From: a virus
Taxonomy: Duplodnaviria; Caudoviricetes
DNA length: 64,000 bases
Direction: 5' to 3' (one strand)
Virus record (IMG/VR): IMGVR_UViG_3300027754_000037
Below, piece after piece: positions 46,216 to 56,509 of the stretch. The notes beneath the pieces are model-generated. The model saw nothing but the letters and a program-made list of their open reading frames with translations, was not told the origin of the DNA and searched no databases. The translations under genes were made by a program, and so were the position numbers. Every line of letters begins with the position of its first letter. The first letter of the stretch is position 1.

Positions 46216-48066
46216 TTACCACCCGAACTCTTTGAGTATTTTATGAGCACGCCTCTGTTGAGTCATAACGACCCCAGACATATAGTTTTCATTATCTGGT
46301 GCTAAAATATCTAACTCGCTATCCATTAAAATTTCCTCTGGCCTACCTTCAAGCAATTCTCTTTTTATATCTTCATACACCTGAGCTTTGACTATCGGCA
46401 TAGGCAATGTAGCTTGACCTCCCACGGGCAAATCTCTCAACATAGAATCACGAACAAACAATCCAATGCACATCGCCATGATAGCATCATCGTGCTTGCC
46501 CTTTTGTGCCTGAGCTTTTCTTGCAACCTTATTGAATTCAAAGGTTTGCAACTCGGTCACAAATCTCATGCTATTGATGCGAAGAGTGCCATTCAAAAGT
46601 CTGCTTTGCAAACTTTCCAAATACAAAGAGCGATTTACCTGACCAATTTTTACTCCGGGTTTAGCATTTGCTTTATTTGATTCAAAATAAAGATTGTCAT
46701 ATTGTAAGCTATGCTGCAAAGCACTTAGGACTGCACCTCCGGGACCCATATTCTCTACAACAACTAGAGAATTGTAGTAGTAAATTGCAACTTCTTTTAC
46801 TACCTGAGCAAATTCATAAGGCACAATTATATTGCTGTAAAATTCAGCAACCTGCTCTAGAGTTGCCGTATCAACTATGTGAAATACGCTGCTATCATTA
46901 TTTTCGCCCTGACCTTCAGCGCAGTCGGCACTCAAGATATATTCGTGTCCATCAACTGGTTCTTTCCAAACCCACAAAGCGCCTTTATTTAAATCATCGT
47001 CCAACTGTGAAATACGACCTATTGGATTGCTCCATTTGGCAAACATCTTTCTGCTGGGATTATTGCTCCTACATTGTTCAGTCAAAGATGTGATTACACT
47101 TGTGGGAAAATATGTTTCACCCGAACCTTGAAACTCACGCAAAACCTCTTGACGAAAACCCTTCTCGCCAAGCTGCGCCTTTTGTTCTGCTACCCAATCT
47201 TCATCGTTGTAGTCTGGATGTTGCCAATAATCCAAATCAATAATATTGAAACGATTGTTGCCTTCTCTTGCATCGTGATATGTTTGTTCATACCAGTTTC
47301 CCAAACCATTGACCGTCGAAACCAAGGTGCAAGAACCACCTGTTGACAGGATAGGCCACATAGCCTTCCAATGCTTCTCCATGTCGTCGATGAACGCTGC
47401 TTCATCAACTATAAGAAATGTAACGGACTTACCACGAGCAGCTTCGGGTGAATAAAACTTGCAGACAGAACCAGTATCCGTAAACATTTTCAAGTGGTCG
47501 TTCCACTTGGCATCTTTTCTAGGCTTCAGCCATTCGGGCATGTTTTCACATGATCTGTCAACCATCATGCCAATATCTGTAGCTTCACGGTCGGTCTTTG
47601 AGATCAACATGATCTGCTGATCTAACTGAAACATGCAACGCCACAAACCCCACAACAAAGTAACTGTTGTCAGACCTCCCTGCCGGAATTTAGAAATGAT
47701 GTTGAACCTATTTTTCTCATAATCATGAATGGTTTTTTTCTGATATTTGAATAAAATAAATGGAATCAAACCCCGCATGGGATGCAAAATCTTGACATAC
47801 TTATGACAAAAATATGAAAAACTTTCAGTACACTTGATGATTTCCTTTTTTCTGCGTGCTGTATCATAATTTTCAACGGCATCCATCGGCTCATCTGGAT
47901 CGATTTCAAGCTCACATTTGTTGAATTCGTAGTATCGTGGATCAAATTCATAACGACCAGTATTTGGGTACATGTTTCCACCCAACTGGTAATATTCTTT
48001 CAAAGATTTGAAATTGCCACGCCAAACTGATTCCTTGACGCTTTTAAAAAATGTTGGCTGATCCAC
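46216..48066 (-). CDS. terL: Terminase large subunit (T4 gp17-like)
   Basis: FCHKYVKI.HP, YQ Q-motif, KFRQGGLTT Walker A variant, LIVDEAAF Walker B, STVNG, SADCAEG and HDDAIMA nuclease motifs. The exact start is uncertain. Confidence 0.95.
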   Translation of the reverse strand: MDQPTFFKSVKESVWRGNFKSLKEYYQLGGNMYPNTGRYEFDPRYYEFNKCELEIDPDEPMDAVENYDTARRKKEIIKCTESFSYFCHKYVKILHPMRGLIPFILFKYQKKTIHDYEKNRFNIISKFRQGGLTTVTLLWGLWRCMFQLDQQIMLISKTDREATDIGMMVDRSCENMPEWLKPRKDAKWNDHLKMFTDTGSVCKFYSPEAARGKSVTFLIVDEAAFIDDMEKHWKAMWPILSTGGSCTLVSTVNGLGNWYEQTYHDAREGNNRFNIIDLDYWQHPDYNDEDWVAEQKAQLGEKGFRQEVLREFQGSGETYFPTSVITSLTEQCRSNNPSRKMFAKWSNPIGRISQLDDDLNKGALWVWKEPVDGHEYILSADCAEGQGENNDSSVFHIVDTATLEQVAEFYSNIIVPYEFAQVVKEVAIYYYNSLVVVENMGPGGAVLSALQHSLQYDNLYFESNKANAKPGVKIGQVNRSLYLESLQSRLLNGTLRINSMRFVTELQTFEFNKVARKAQAQKGKHDDAIMAMCIGLFVRDSMLRDLPVGGQATLPMPIVKAQVYEDIKRELLEGRPEEILMDSELDILAPDNENYMSGVVMTQQRRAHKILKEFGW

Positions 48067-48119
48067 GGTCCACCTTACTCTATATAAAGAGCCATCTTAT
48101 ATATCAAAACGGGAGCAAT

Positions 48120-49253
48120 ATGCGCAAATTACAGATAACCGCCCTTGTTTTAGCAATAGTATTTCTTGTTGTTTTACTAAGTAAACCAAGCAACAAGCAT
48201 GAGCCAGTCGAGCGGATTCAAAAGCCAGAAACCAAAAAAGAACTACCTCCAGAGGAGAAAAAGCCTCCAGTTGCCACCGTTGAGGAAGCTGTAAAAAAAA
48301 TTGAAAGACAACCTTTAAAAGAGAATGTTGAACTTCTAGCATCGGATAAATTTGAAGGCAGAATGTCTGGCAAGAATGGTAATAAGCTGGCAGCATCACA
48401 TGTCAAAAAGAATTTTGAATCAATAGGACTGCCCACAGAATATCACAAATTCCCAATTCGCAGAACTAACCCCGGACCCAATAACGAAGTTGGCGATGCG
48501 TTCTCACAAAATGTATATGCTTGGATCGAAGGAAATGATGAGAATCTAAAAGATGAAGTTGTGGTTGTTGGTGCGCACATGGATCACATCGGTTATGGAC
48601 CATCCATGAGCCGTTGGGGAGGAGGCAAAATACATCCCGGTGCCGACGACAACGCAACCGGAACAGCAGCACTCGTGGAAATTGCCCGTGCCTTCAAATA
48701 TCTTGAAGGACAAAACAAGAGAACTGTGGTTTTTATGGCTTTTTCTGGTGAAGAAATGGGCTTGTTAGGCAGTTATCACTATGTCAACAATCCCCTTTTC
48801 CCCAAGGGAAATCCAGATATTACTAAGCATGTATTTATGCTGAACATGGATATGATTGGATATTTAAATCAAGGTAAAACAGTTGCTTTTGAATCAAATG
48901 AAAGTTCACCGGATATCGGTTCAGCAATAAATGAATTGTCAAAAAAATATGCGTTTGCAAAAACCGTAACACTTAGAGGCGCAAGTGGAAGTGATCATGC
49001 GCCTTTCTATAATAAAAAAGTACCAGTAGCTTTCTTACACACAGGACTTCACCCTTACTACCACACTCCCAAAGATACACCGGATAAAATTAACTACGAA
49101 GGTCTTGAGAAAGTTGCAAAATATGGCTTTGAATTGGCTTGGAATGTTTCTAATGCCGATAAAAAACCAGCATTTGACTACGGTTCATTCAAAGAAATGG
49201 ACTACAGTCACGACCACGGCCAGAAAGACATGCAATTTGGAGATAAGCCATGA
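48120..49253 (+). CDS. Membrane-anchored/secreted M28 family aminopeptidase
   Basis: N-terminal hydrophobic anchor; GAHMDH, GADDNATG, FSGEEMGLLGS, NMDMIG, SDHAPF, YHTPKD. Confidence 0.92.
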   Translation: MRKLQITALVLAIVFLVVLLSKPSNKHEPVERIQKPETKKELPPEEKKPPVATVEEAVKKIERQPLKENVELLASDKFEGRMSGKNGNKLAASHVKKNFESIGLPTEYHKFPIRRTNPGPNNEVGDAFSQNVYAWIEGNDENLKDEVVVVGAHMDHIGYGPSMSRWGGGKIHPGADDNATGTAALVEIARAFKYLEGQNKRTVVFMAFSGEEMGLLGSYHYVNNPLFPKGNPDITKHVFMLNMDMIGYLNQGKTVAFESNESSPDIGSAINELSKKYAFAKTVTLRGASGSDHAPFYNKKVPVAFLHTGLHPYYHTPKDTPDKINYEGLEKVAKYGFELAWNVSNADKKPAFDYGSFKEMDYSHDHGQKDMQFGDKP

Positions 49254-49684
49254 ACCTTGAAACTATGCTCAAACTTATGAATGAAGACCTCCATCGTGAA
49301 TGGTCACACATGAGGTTTTACTTGTATCACGCCAGCAAGGTTGTGGGATTGCATTGCCATGAATACAAGGAACTTTTCCTTAAAGAATCGGCAAACGAAA
49401 TGGGCCATGTCACAGAATTTTCAGATATGATTGTCGGTTTAGGCGGTTCAATCGTTAATGGTTGGGGAGATGAGCAAATTCCTGACCTTGCTACTGCCAA
49501 AGATATTATTCAGCACGCTCTGAAGATGGAATCTGAAGTTGTTGACAATTATGTCAAAAGAATGGATCAGGCTGTTGAGTTGGGTGGCACGGATGGCACT
49601 TGGATTGAAATATTTTATGAAAAGCAGGTTGAACACAGCAGGGAAGATGTCGATCACTTCCGGCAAATATTGCGTGGCGTTTGA
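49250..49684 (+). CDS. Ferritin-like (bacterioferritin-type) four-helix protein
   Basis: EDLHREW, ESANEMGH, IVGLGG, ALKMESEVVDNY, HSREDVDH; ATGA overlap with the M28 gene. Confidence 0.75.
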   Translation: MNLETMLKLMNEDLHREWSHMRFYLYHASKVVGLHCHEYKELFLKESANEMGHVTEFSDMIVGLGGSIVNGWGDEQIPDLATAKDIIQHALKMESEVVDNYVKRMDQAVELGGTDGTWIEIFYEKQVEHSREDVDHFRQILRGV

Positions 49685-49739
49685 CCTTATTCAGATACGA
49701 TCTTAAAATAACTTGTTCATTTAAATTAACAAGAAAGGA

Positions 49740-50048
49740 TTGACTATGAACCGTAAGATCGTTTCTAATTTGCCGGTTGCCCGTTTCTGGTACAAAGGCA
49801 CCCATACTCATCCTGTGCGTAGGACTGTGATCATCACGGCTCAAACCGATGAATCATTCACAGGTTATGAGTTGCGTGAGGGCAATGCTGTCCGTACAGA
49901 AAACACCGCTCCTCTAAAGACTTACTGCCGTAAGAAGATTGCCCGAACCCATAGCCTCAGACTCGACAATCCTCTTCGTAAAAGTAAGACTAACCGCAGC
50001 ACTCTTGTGAGGCGTTCCTATAACGACCTTACCAAGAGCGGAATCTAA
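49740..50048 (+). CDS. Basic hypothetical protein (possible WYL/SH3-like fold)
   Basis: FWYKG...RRTV...FTGYEL...KTY pattern; ATG also at 49746. Confidence 0.55.
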   Translation: MTMNRKIVSNLPVARFWYKGTHTHPVRRTVIITAQTDESFTGYELREGNAVRTENTAPLKTYCRKKIARTHSLRLDNPLRKSKTNRSTLVRRSYNDLTKSGI

Positions 50049-50064
50049 GTCAATAAATTTGACA

Positions 50065-50110
50065 AAAAAGCCTATTCACACGCTACATAAAATGTGTGAA
50101 TAGGCTTTTT
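50065..50110. terminator. Perfect 17-bp inverted repeat hairpin (terminator) with CTACATA in the loop
   Basis: AAAAAGCCTATTCACAC-12 nt-GTGTGAATAGGCTTTTT. Confidence 0.8.
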
Positions 50111-50133
50111 GCATTAAGAATGGAAGGCAAAAA

Positions 50134-51159
50134 ATGGCATTTTATCAAAATCTTTTCAACGAATATCTCGGCAACTATGTTGTGGGCGATTCCAGAGCTT
50201 TCACGCTGACCTTTAAGGTTCCGCAAAATCGCAACCACGGTGAGTTTTTTATCTGCTGGAATTCTGGTCCTTTTGACTTATCAAGCGTAGGCCCCGATTT
50301 AACCTTTAATTACGCTTTTGGGCCAGACTTTAAAAATTGGTCTAGCTTTACCGTAAGTTTAGGCACAATGTCTTCTGTTACAGCCTATGATCTGGTTGCA
50401 GCTTTAAACAGCGATACTGTATTTGAACAATTCTTTTCGGCATCTCTCTACAACGGCAAACAAATTGGAATTCGACAGTTAAAACCAGCTTCTGTCATGA
50501 AAAGCTATGTTTCAAACAGTAATACGGAATTAGTCTTCGGATTCAACAAGTATGCTGGATATGCTGATATACCCTCTTACTTTGACAAAGATACAATCAA
50601 TAACAGATTTGCAACGCCTGAATCTAACGGACAACTCGTCAGAATCGGCAAAAATATTGTTGGAAATAATGTAGACAACCCAACTGAGGTATTGTGTCCG
50701 GGGCATGGTTTTGCTAATGGAGATGAAGTATACTTTGCCAATAGCAACTCAACTCCATCATTGGATGGATTGCAAATCGTAACGGTAGTTGATGATGATG
50801 CTTTTACTGTAGCTGTCAATGTCACAATCGCTGGAAATACTGGCGATGTTTTCACAGATAGTGAAGTTACAGTTCTTGCCAACGCCGGTTTGAACTACGA
50901 AGATGTTAAACAAGATTATAAACACCTCGGTGGACGCTGCGGAGCTTTTCTTTGCACCATCAACATCGTTGACGGCTCTGATCGTATCACAAACCAATTG
51001 ATTTATCAGACAGGTGCAAAAACAGGCATGTTGGGTACAAAAATTTGCTACACTTACACCAATTCAAACAAAAATCCCGATTCAATATTCTCGCAGCCTT
51101 ATGTTCTTACTGAAAATGATCTGCTAGGCCCGTGCACCGAGCTTGAGCCTGAGCTTTAG
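50134..51159 (+). CDS. Virion structural protein with an FCCH-like beta domain
   Basis: NPTEVLCPGHGFANGDEVYF...SLDGLQIVTVVDDDAFTV, paralogous to domains in 19887..24188. Confidence 0.65.
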   Translation: MAFYQNLFNEYLGNYVVGDSRAFTLTFKVPQNRNHGEFFICWNSGPFDLSSVGPDLTFNYAFGPDFKNWSSFTVSLGTMSSVTAYDLVAALNSDTVFEQFFSASLYNGKQIGIRQLKPASVMKSYVSNSNTELVFGFNKYAGYADIPSYFDKDTINNRFATPESNGQLVRIGKNIVGNNVDNPTEVLCPGHGFANGDEVYFANSNSTPSLDGLQIVTVVDDDAFTVAVNVTIAGNTGDVFTDSEVTVLANAGLNYEDVKQDYKHLGGRCGAFLCTINIVDGSDRITNQLIYQTGAKTGMLGTKICYTYTNSNKNPDSIFSQPYVLTENDLLGPCTELEPEL

Positions 51160-51334
51160 CCTGCTTAAAATCAAAATAACTCCAAGTTTCTGCTGATAAA
51201 CCCATATCATACACAGGAACAACAATTGTAGATTTAAACGAAAAAGGCAAGTTGTGTATCTTTACACAGCTTGCCCAATCGTTTGATAGTAATTTTTTCC
51301 ATGCTTCATATGAGGGCATGACATTCCTCTTGTA

Positions 51335-51853
51335 TTACATGAAAAAGAGAATATAGCCCAAACCAATAATTTGAGCAGCAATAACAACCAAAAGCAATTT
51401 GTCCATCATGGACATACCATCCTTTTGTGGTTTTGTCATGTTTTCAAGTTCCTCCGCTAAACCTAAACTTTTAACAACTTTTTTGGGAGATTCAGTTTTA
51501 GCTGCTGCCAAAACTTTGACTTCCTCCTTGTTCTTAAAGGAGCCCAAAACTGCAAGGAGCTCTTCTTTGGTCACAAAGTTGCTCTCTCCACCCTTGGTTC
51601 CAACAAGTGCTTCAATCTTTTCCTCCACGACATTGCCGCTCACAGGGTCAACGACCTCAATCTTGCGCTCATACAACATCGGCTTGGTGCGCTCGATGAT
51701 GCGTTGTTGCAATTTCAAAGGACGCTCGTCCTCAACATGCAACTCAACAATTTTTTCTCCTTGCCCATCGGCATTTTTGATCTCAACGACTCTGCGCTCG
51801 GCTCTTCTGCCGTCTTCCAAAGTCCACTTTTCTACCTTCAGATTATCATCCAT
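51335..51853 (-). CDS. C-terminally membrane-anchored hypothetical protein
   Basis: GGAG RBS; terminal TM LLLVVIAAQIIGLGYILFFM. Confidence 0.75.
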   Translation of the reverse strand: MDDNLKVEKWTLEDGRRAERRVVEIKNADGQGEKIVELHVEDERPLKLQQRIIERTKPMLYERKIEVVDPVSGNVVEEKIEALVGTKGGESNFVTKEELLAVLGSFKNKEEVKVLAAAKTESPKKVVKSLGLAEELENMTKPQKDGMSMMDKLLLVVIAAQIIGLGYILFFM

Positions 51854-51887
51854 TTTTACTCCCTTTGACTCGTAGGATGTGCTACAC

Positions 51888-52265
51888 TTATTTATCCCGC
51901 TTGTCGTCAATTTTGGGTTGTACTTTCACACCAGAAATCATGACTTTTTGCTTATTAAAATGATTTTCCGCTAAAATTTCAGCATTTTGCAAAGCAATTT
52001 CTTTTGATGAAGCAATTACATCACTTAAATTCTTATATTCTACACCAAGTCCACGGTTGTAACGCACAGTCACAGCCCAAGTTGCTTCTCTGGGAGTCTT
52101 CAATAGTTGCGAAGCCAACTCTATGGCCTCTGCATATGAATCACACTCATGAGGTTCTATTCGATAATGACTCGATGGAACTGATTCCTTTTTTACTATA
52201 AACTTTCCAGCAGAAGGATAAATCATGAAACCGCTTAATAAGAGGTCTCGAATTTCGTTGCCCAT
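51888..52265 (-). CDS. Hypothetical protein
   Basis: GGAG RBS upstream of the ATG at 52265. Confidence 0.65.
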   Translation of the reverse strand: MGNEIRDLLLSGFMIYPSAGKFIVKKESVPSSHYRIEPHECDSYAEAIELASQLLKTPREATWAVTVRYNRGLGVEYKNLSDVIASSKEIALQNAEILAENHFNKQKVMISGVKVQPKIDDKRDK

Positions 52266-52294
52266 ATAACACTCCTTCGATGGTTTCCTACATT

Positions 52295-52816
52295 TTAAGT
52301 AAGTCCCCATTTAGATTTGAATTCATCAAAAATTTCCTTTCTTTTCTTATCTGCTTCTTCAATCATTTTCTTGCGTTCAAGTGGTTTCTGCCGCCTCTCA
52401 ATCAACTTGGCCGACTTGTAAAACGATTCTGCGCTTTCTTCCCAGACACCCGGAGCAAATCTCTCCAGTTCTCCAGCGATTTCTCGATATACTTTTCTCC
52501 CTTCAAATTCTACTACAATTTCTTTGTTGTAATGATGAACAAATATGGAAAGATTCGTTCCACGAGATAACCCGTCAAAATGCAAACCTATCTCATAACT
52601 GTTGTCGTCCTCCTCTAAAGTCGGTAAACTTTCATCCATAAATTCGGCAGCAAAAGGGTCTTCCAAAAAAGTTTGTTTATAACAACTACTGCCCTGCTGC
52701 AACACAGACTCTCCCAATCTTCGTGCTATGGCTGAAAACTTGCCCTCCATGCCCGTGTAGCCCTTCTTCATGGCTTCGGTAGTCCTCGCCTCTCTCAACC
52801 TGTCTTCACGATTCAT
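52295..52816 (-). CDS. Hypothetical protein
   Basis: 173-aa ORF. Confidence 0.7.
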   Translation of the reverse strand: MNREDRLREARTTEAMKKGYTGMEGKFSAIARRLGESVLQQGSSCYKQTFLEDPFAAEFMDESLPTLEEDDNSYEIGLHFDGLSRGTNLSIFVHHYNKEIVVEFEGRKVYREIAGELERFAPGVWEESAESFYKSAKLIERRQKPLERKKMIEEADKKRKEIFDEFKSKWGLT

Positions 52817-52872
52817 GTTTCAACCTCTGACCACTATATACATATGCGTCTTTCACTTTATAAAGGAGCAAT

Positions 52873-54573
52873 ATGATAAAAGGATTGATCAATTGGCTGA
52901 TAAGAAAAAAAGACCAAGTAGTGCAAGGATTGGCAATCGCTACGCCCAAAGCGTCTCCAAAACCAGTTGTAGCAACAAATAAAACATACCTTGTTGATGC
53001 ATCAGAGCCTCTATATGTAATCAACGAAACGATTACCGCAAACATTCTCCCTATGCGTGCCATTGGCGAAACTACAGGTGGACAAACCTTGGGCAGCATA
53101 CCCCAGCAGGCTTTGGCACTTCGTCAAATTGTCAACAATGCACTTTCCTACATGAAGTCCAAAAGCCCAAAAACAATCAATAAATGGGCTTCAACTTCCG
53201 CATTAAATCTCTATCCCAGAGCAGGCCAAGACATCAACGCATACTACGACAGAAGCTCACTCAAATTCTTTTATTTTAAAGACACAGTCAGAAATAAAAA
53301 TATTTTCGCATGTGATTCCAGAAGCGTTGTCGCCCACGAATTTGGCCACGCTTTTCTCGATATTATAAGACCAGACCTGTGGAGCCTCGCAGCACCAGAA
53401 GTCTGGGCTTTTCATGAGGCTTTTGGTGACATCACAGCACTTATTAGCGGCTTGCAATTTCCACAACTCATAGACAAGGCACTTGCCGACACAGGTTCTG
53501 ATCTCACTAAATCGAATGTGATCAGTAAATTGGCCATAGACATGGGTGTAGGGCTCTACAACCTCACCAATGGCACAGATGGCGAACTCAGCAACTGTCT
53601 TCGTGATCTTTCCATCAAGTTTAAATATGTAAAGCCAGAAACCCTTCCTACACATGGACCTGACAATATTCTCATCAACGAATCACACAACTTTAGCCGT
53701 GTTTTCAGCAGCATGTTTTACGATCTGCTTCTACGCATAATGAACAAAAACATCACCACAGGACAAACTGCTAAAGTTGCCCTTACAGCAGCCCGTGACA
53801 CAATCACGAGCTACTTCCTGCAAGCTTGCACAAAAGCAGCGGCTTCAACAAGATTTTTCAAATCTGTCTGCCAAGAAATGCTTCTCGCAGATCAAAGAAA
53901 TGGCAACAAATATCAGCAAATTATGACTCAATGTTTTACCGATAGCAAAATTACTACCGCTCCAATAGCCATGCTCAGAACCATGTCTCTTGAAGATGTT
54001 TTGAACAACATTAAAGACGAATATGAAATCGATGACGAAGATATGATCGTTGTCAGAACCACTTCTTCAAAAACAATCAAACTTGTTGATGAAGCAGGAA
54101 TTTTAGCCCTTCACTACAATCCTCTTCTCAGCGTTGAAGTCGAAATTGCTGCACAATCAGCCTACTTTTTTTCTCCCGAAGGACAGCTTGAGCATGTAGA
54201 AGAAACAACACATGCTGAAGTTGTTGAAGCGGCACTCAACTGTCTCAATCAACTGAATATAAAAAATTTGGTTGGAAATCACGACAAGGCTATTTTTGAA
54301 GTGATCAACAACAAACTTGTTCGCAAACAAATAGCATGTAGTTGCAACAAACCAAATTACTGCATTCCCGGTTCACCTGAATACCAAAAACCTTGGAAAC
54401 CCAAGAACAACTCAGGCTGCATCAAGTGCGGAAAAGGATGCGAACCCAAACCCTGTGACTGCGCTTCTCCTCCTGCTCCAACCCCTCCTAAAATTGGCTG
54501 TTACACCAAGGTAAGCACAGGGGGAATTACAAAATATTCAGTCGGAAGCAGCATTTCGAGGAAGGTCTGCTGA
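52873..54573 (+). CDS. Gluzincin metallopeptidase (M4/M36-like) with a Cys-rich tail
   Basis: NAYYD, VVAHEFGHAFLD (HExxH), AFHEAFGDI (third ligand), ESHNFSRV; AAGGAG RBS. Confidence 0.85.
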   Translation: MIKGLINWLIRKKDQVVQGLAIATPKASPKPVVATNKTYLVDASEPLYVINETITANILPMRAIGETTGGQTLGSIPQQALALRQIVNNALSYMKSKSPKTINKWASTSALNLYPRAGQDINAYYDRSSLKFFYFKDTVRNKNIFACDSRSVVAHEFGHAFLDIIRPDLWSLAAPEVWAFHEAFGDITALISGLQFPQLIDKALADTGSDLTKSNVISKLAIDMGVGLYNLTNGTDGELSNCLRDLSIKFKYVKPETLPTHGPDNILINESHNFSRVFSSMFYDLLLRIMNKNITTGQTAKVALTAARDTITSYFLQACTKAAASTRFFKSVCQEMLLADQRNGNKYQQIMTQCFTDSKITTAPIAMLRTMSLEDVLNNIKDEYEIDDEDMIVVRTTSSKTIKLVDEAGILALHYNPLLSVEVEIAAQSAYFFSPEGQLEHVEETTHAEVVEAALNCLNQLNIKNLVGNHDKAIFEVINNKLVRKQIACSCNKPNYCIPGSPEYQKPWKPKNNSGCIKCGKGCEPKPCDCASPPAPTPPKIGCYTKVSTGGITKYSVGSSISRKVC

Positions 54574-55005
54574 TTTGCGAAGCCTGTTCTTTAGACGAAC
54601 AGGCCTGCCCTCATCGTCATAATTAATTGTGTTTGTATTCGCATCAATCTGATGGTAGATAAGTTCTGCATAAGGCTTGTTACCCATAAAATTGATGCGG
54701 ATTTTTACTTCCGTGATGTGTGGTTTGGCTTCTCTAATCCTGATTTTAAATTTATCACCATCGCCAGCAACTATGTAATATCCATATGATGTTTCTTCTT
54801 CTTTCACAATCGGATAATTCAGTTCCTTTAGTGAATTCTTTGTGGCTCGATACATATTTTTAACTTCTTCGTTGTAATACTTGTGAGCCTCGCCATCTTT
54901 CCACATGATATATCCAGTTACTATTGGACCATAGATAAAAGAAGCGAAACTACAACCTGTTAAAGAAATAATTAAAAAATATAAAAATAAAACTATTTTT
55001 TTCAT
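54538..55005 (-). CDS. DUF3568-like lipoprotein
   Basis: Lipobox-like SLTGC; YRATKNSLKEL...ITEVKIRINFMGNK. Confidence 0.65.
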   Translation of the reverse strand: MKKIVLFLYFLIISLTGCSFASFIYGPIVTGYIMWKDGEAHKYYNEEVKNMYRATKNSLKELNYPIVKEEETSYGYYIVAGDGDKFKIRIREAKPHITEVKIRINFMGNKPYAELIYHQIDANTNTINYDDEGRPVRLKNRLRKSADLPRNAASD

Positions 55006-55057
55006 GACATCCTCCTATATTATTTATTATTCATCCCGTAACAAAAGGAGAATATCC

Positions 55058-55342
<285 letters not shown>

Positions 55343-55363
55343 TTTTCGTCATTATTTTCATCA

Positions 55364-55392
55364 AAGCCCAGCTTTTCGCTGGGCTTATTTTT
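55364..55392 (+). terminator. Intrinsic terminator
   Basis: AAGCCCAGC-TTTTC-GCTGGGCTT followed by ATTTTTT. Confidence 0.8.
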
Positions 55393-55489
55393 TCGATATT
55401 CAAAAATCAACTCATATATATTTTAGTATTATATCAAGATAAATATTATGACAACATCGAACAATACTCTTAACATGACAAGGAGGTTC

Positions 55490-56206
55490 ATGAAAAGATT
55501 TTTTGCGTTTTTTGCTGCTGTTGCGACAGTTTTGCCTGCAATAGCACAAGCGCCATCAGTTGACGATATAAGAAATCGTCAATACCCAAATGTTTATCTG
55601 GCAGCAGACACTAATCCCATCGCAGCCATCGAAGGCGCTGTCGATGAAGATCTTGCTGATGTCATGGTCCCAGTTCCCATAAAGGATAGGGTCTTCAATA
55701 AAACCGGCATTCAATGCGTCTGGGCTTCTACAGAACTACTCGGCAGATATGCCGAAGAGCCTAAACTGATCGGACTTACCAACGATTCTGAATGCAAAAG
55801 CTACGCAAACACATACAGTTTTTCACGCAAAATGAAACAACTCAATGTCAAATTTGAAACAACCACGGACCCCCGTGACCGTAGCCTTATCATCAAAAGC
55901 GTTGTCAAAGAACGCCGTGGTTGCCTGTTCTGCATCCCCGGCCACGCTATGGTCTTAGTCCACTATGATGAAAAAAAAGGCATCGTTAAATATATCAACA
56001 ACAGCGATAGAAGCCTCGCTATCAGAACTTGGACTATGGCAGAATTCAACCGCCACTTCGATGGATGGGTTTCAGCAGTTTACGCTGATAACGACATCGT
56101 CCCCTTAAAATACACTCCTAAAATTCCAGACCTACCCATCATCGACCGTGGACAGGAAAAACAAGCTTACGACAAGGAATACATCCTGCAACCTTTGAAG
56201 CAATAA
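55490..56206 (+). CDS. Secreted papain-like (C39-like) cysteine peptidase
   Basis: AGGAGG RBS, AQA signal peptide, QCVWAS (Cys), GHAMVL (His), YINNSD. Confidence 0.7.
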   Translation: MKRFFAFFAAVATVLPAIAQAPSVDDIRNRQYPNVYLAADTNPIAAIEGAVDEDLADVMVPVPIKDRVFNKTGIQCVWASTELLGRYAEEPKLIGLTNDSECKSYANTYSFSRKMKQLNVKFETTTDPRDRSLIIKSVVKERRGCLFCIPGHAMVLVHYDEKKGIVKYINNSDRSLAIRTWTMAEFNRHFDGWVSAVYADNDIVPLKYTPKIPDLPIIDRGQEKQAYDKEYILQPLKQ

Positions 56207-56209
56207 ACT

Positions 56210-56240
56210 AAACCCGCCCTAAAAAGGCGGGTTTTTATTT
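56210..56240. terminator. Terminator between convergent genes
   Basis: AAACCCGCC-CTAAAAA-GGCGGGTTT followed by a T-rich tract. Confidence 0.8.
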
Positions 56241-56468
56241 TTTCTTGTCGCAATTACAGTCTTTTTTCATATAGCGAATCTTGTTTTTGCGGTTTTTTGC
56301 TGTAATTGGGAGTTCATTGTCCGAATATGTGGGAAATGCTCCCGGTGCAATCATTCTCTTGGCAACTCCATCGCCACCATCGCCCTCGTCCTCCACACTA
56401 GAAGGATCGTTGGCGCTCCCGCCAAACCACTCTTTTTTGTTCAGATAATCAAGGAAAGATTGCTTCAT
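56235..56468 (-). CDS. Small hypothetical protein (possible head-packaged protein)
   Basis: N-terminus MKQSFLDYLNKKE; CTATATA 6 nt upstream. Confidence 0.7.
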   Translation of the reverse strand: MKQSFLDYLNKKEWFGGSANDPSSVEDEGDGGDGVAKRMIAPGAFPTYSDNELPITAKNRKNKIRYMKKDCNCDKKK

Positions 56469-56509
56469 AATGAATATATAGTTTGCCGACATATTTTACA
56501 AGGAGGGTC

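Noticed and set aside
47660-47700. TerL Walker A lacks the canonical GKT (KFRQGGLTT)
   Set aside because: KxRQxG(I/L)(S/T)T variants are, to my knowledge, common in large-phage terminases, and the other motifs are intact. This is not evidence of inactivity.
51107-51319. 70-aa minus-strand ORF
   Set aside because: It overlaps the convergent gene by 53 nt and has no motif; there is insufficient support to call it.
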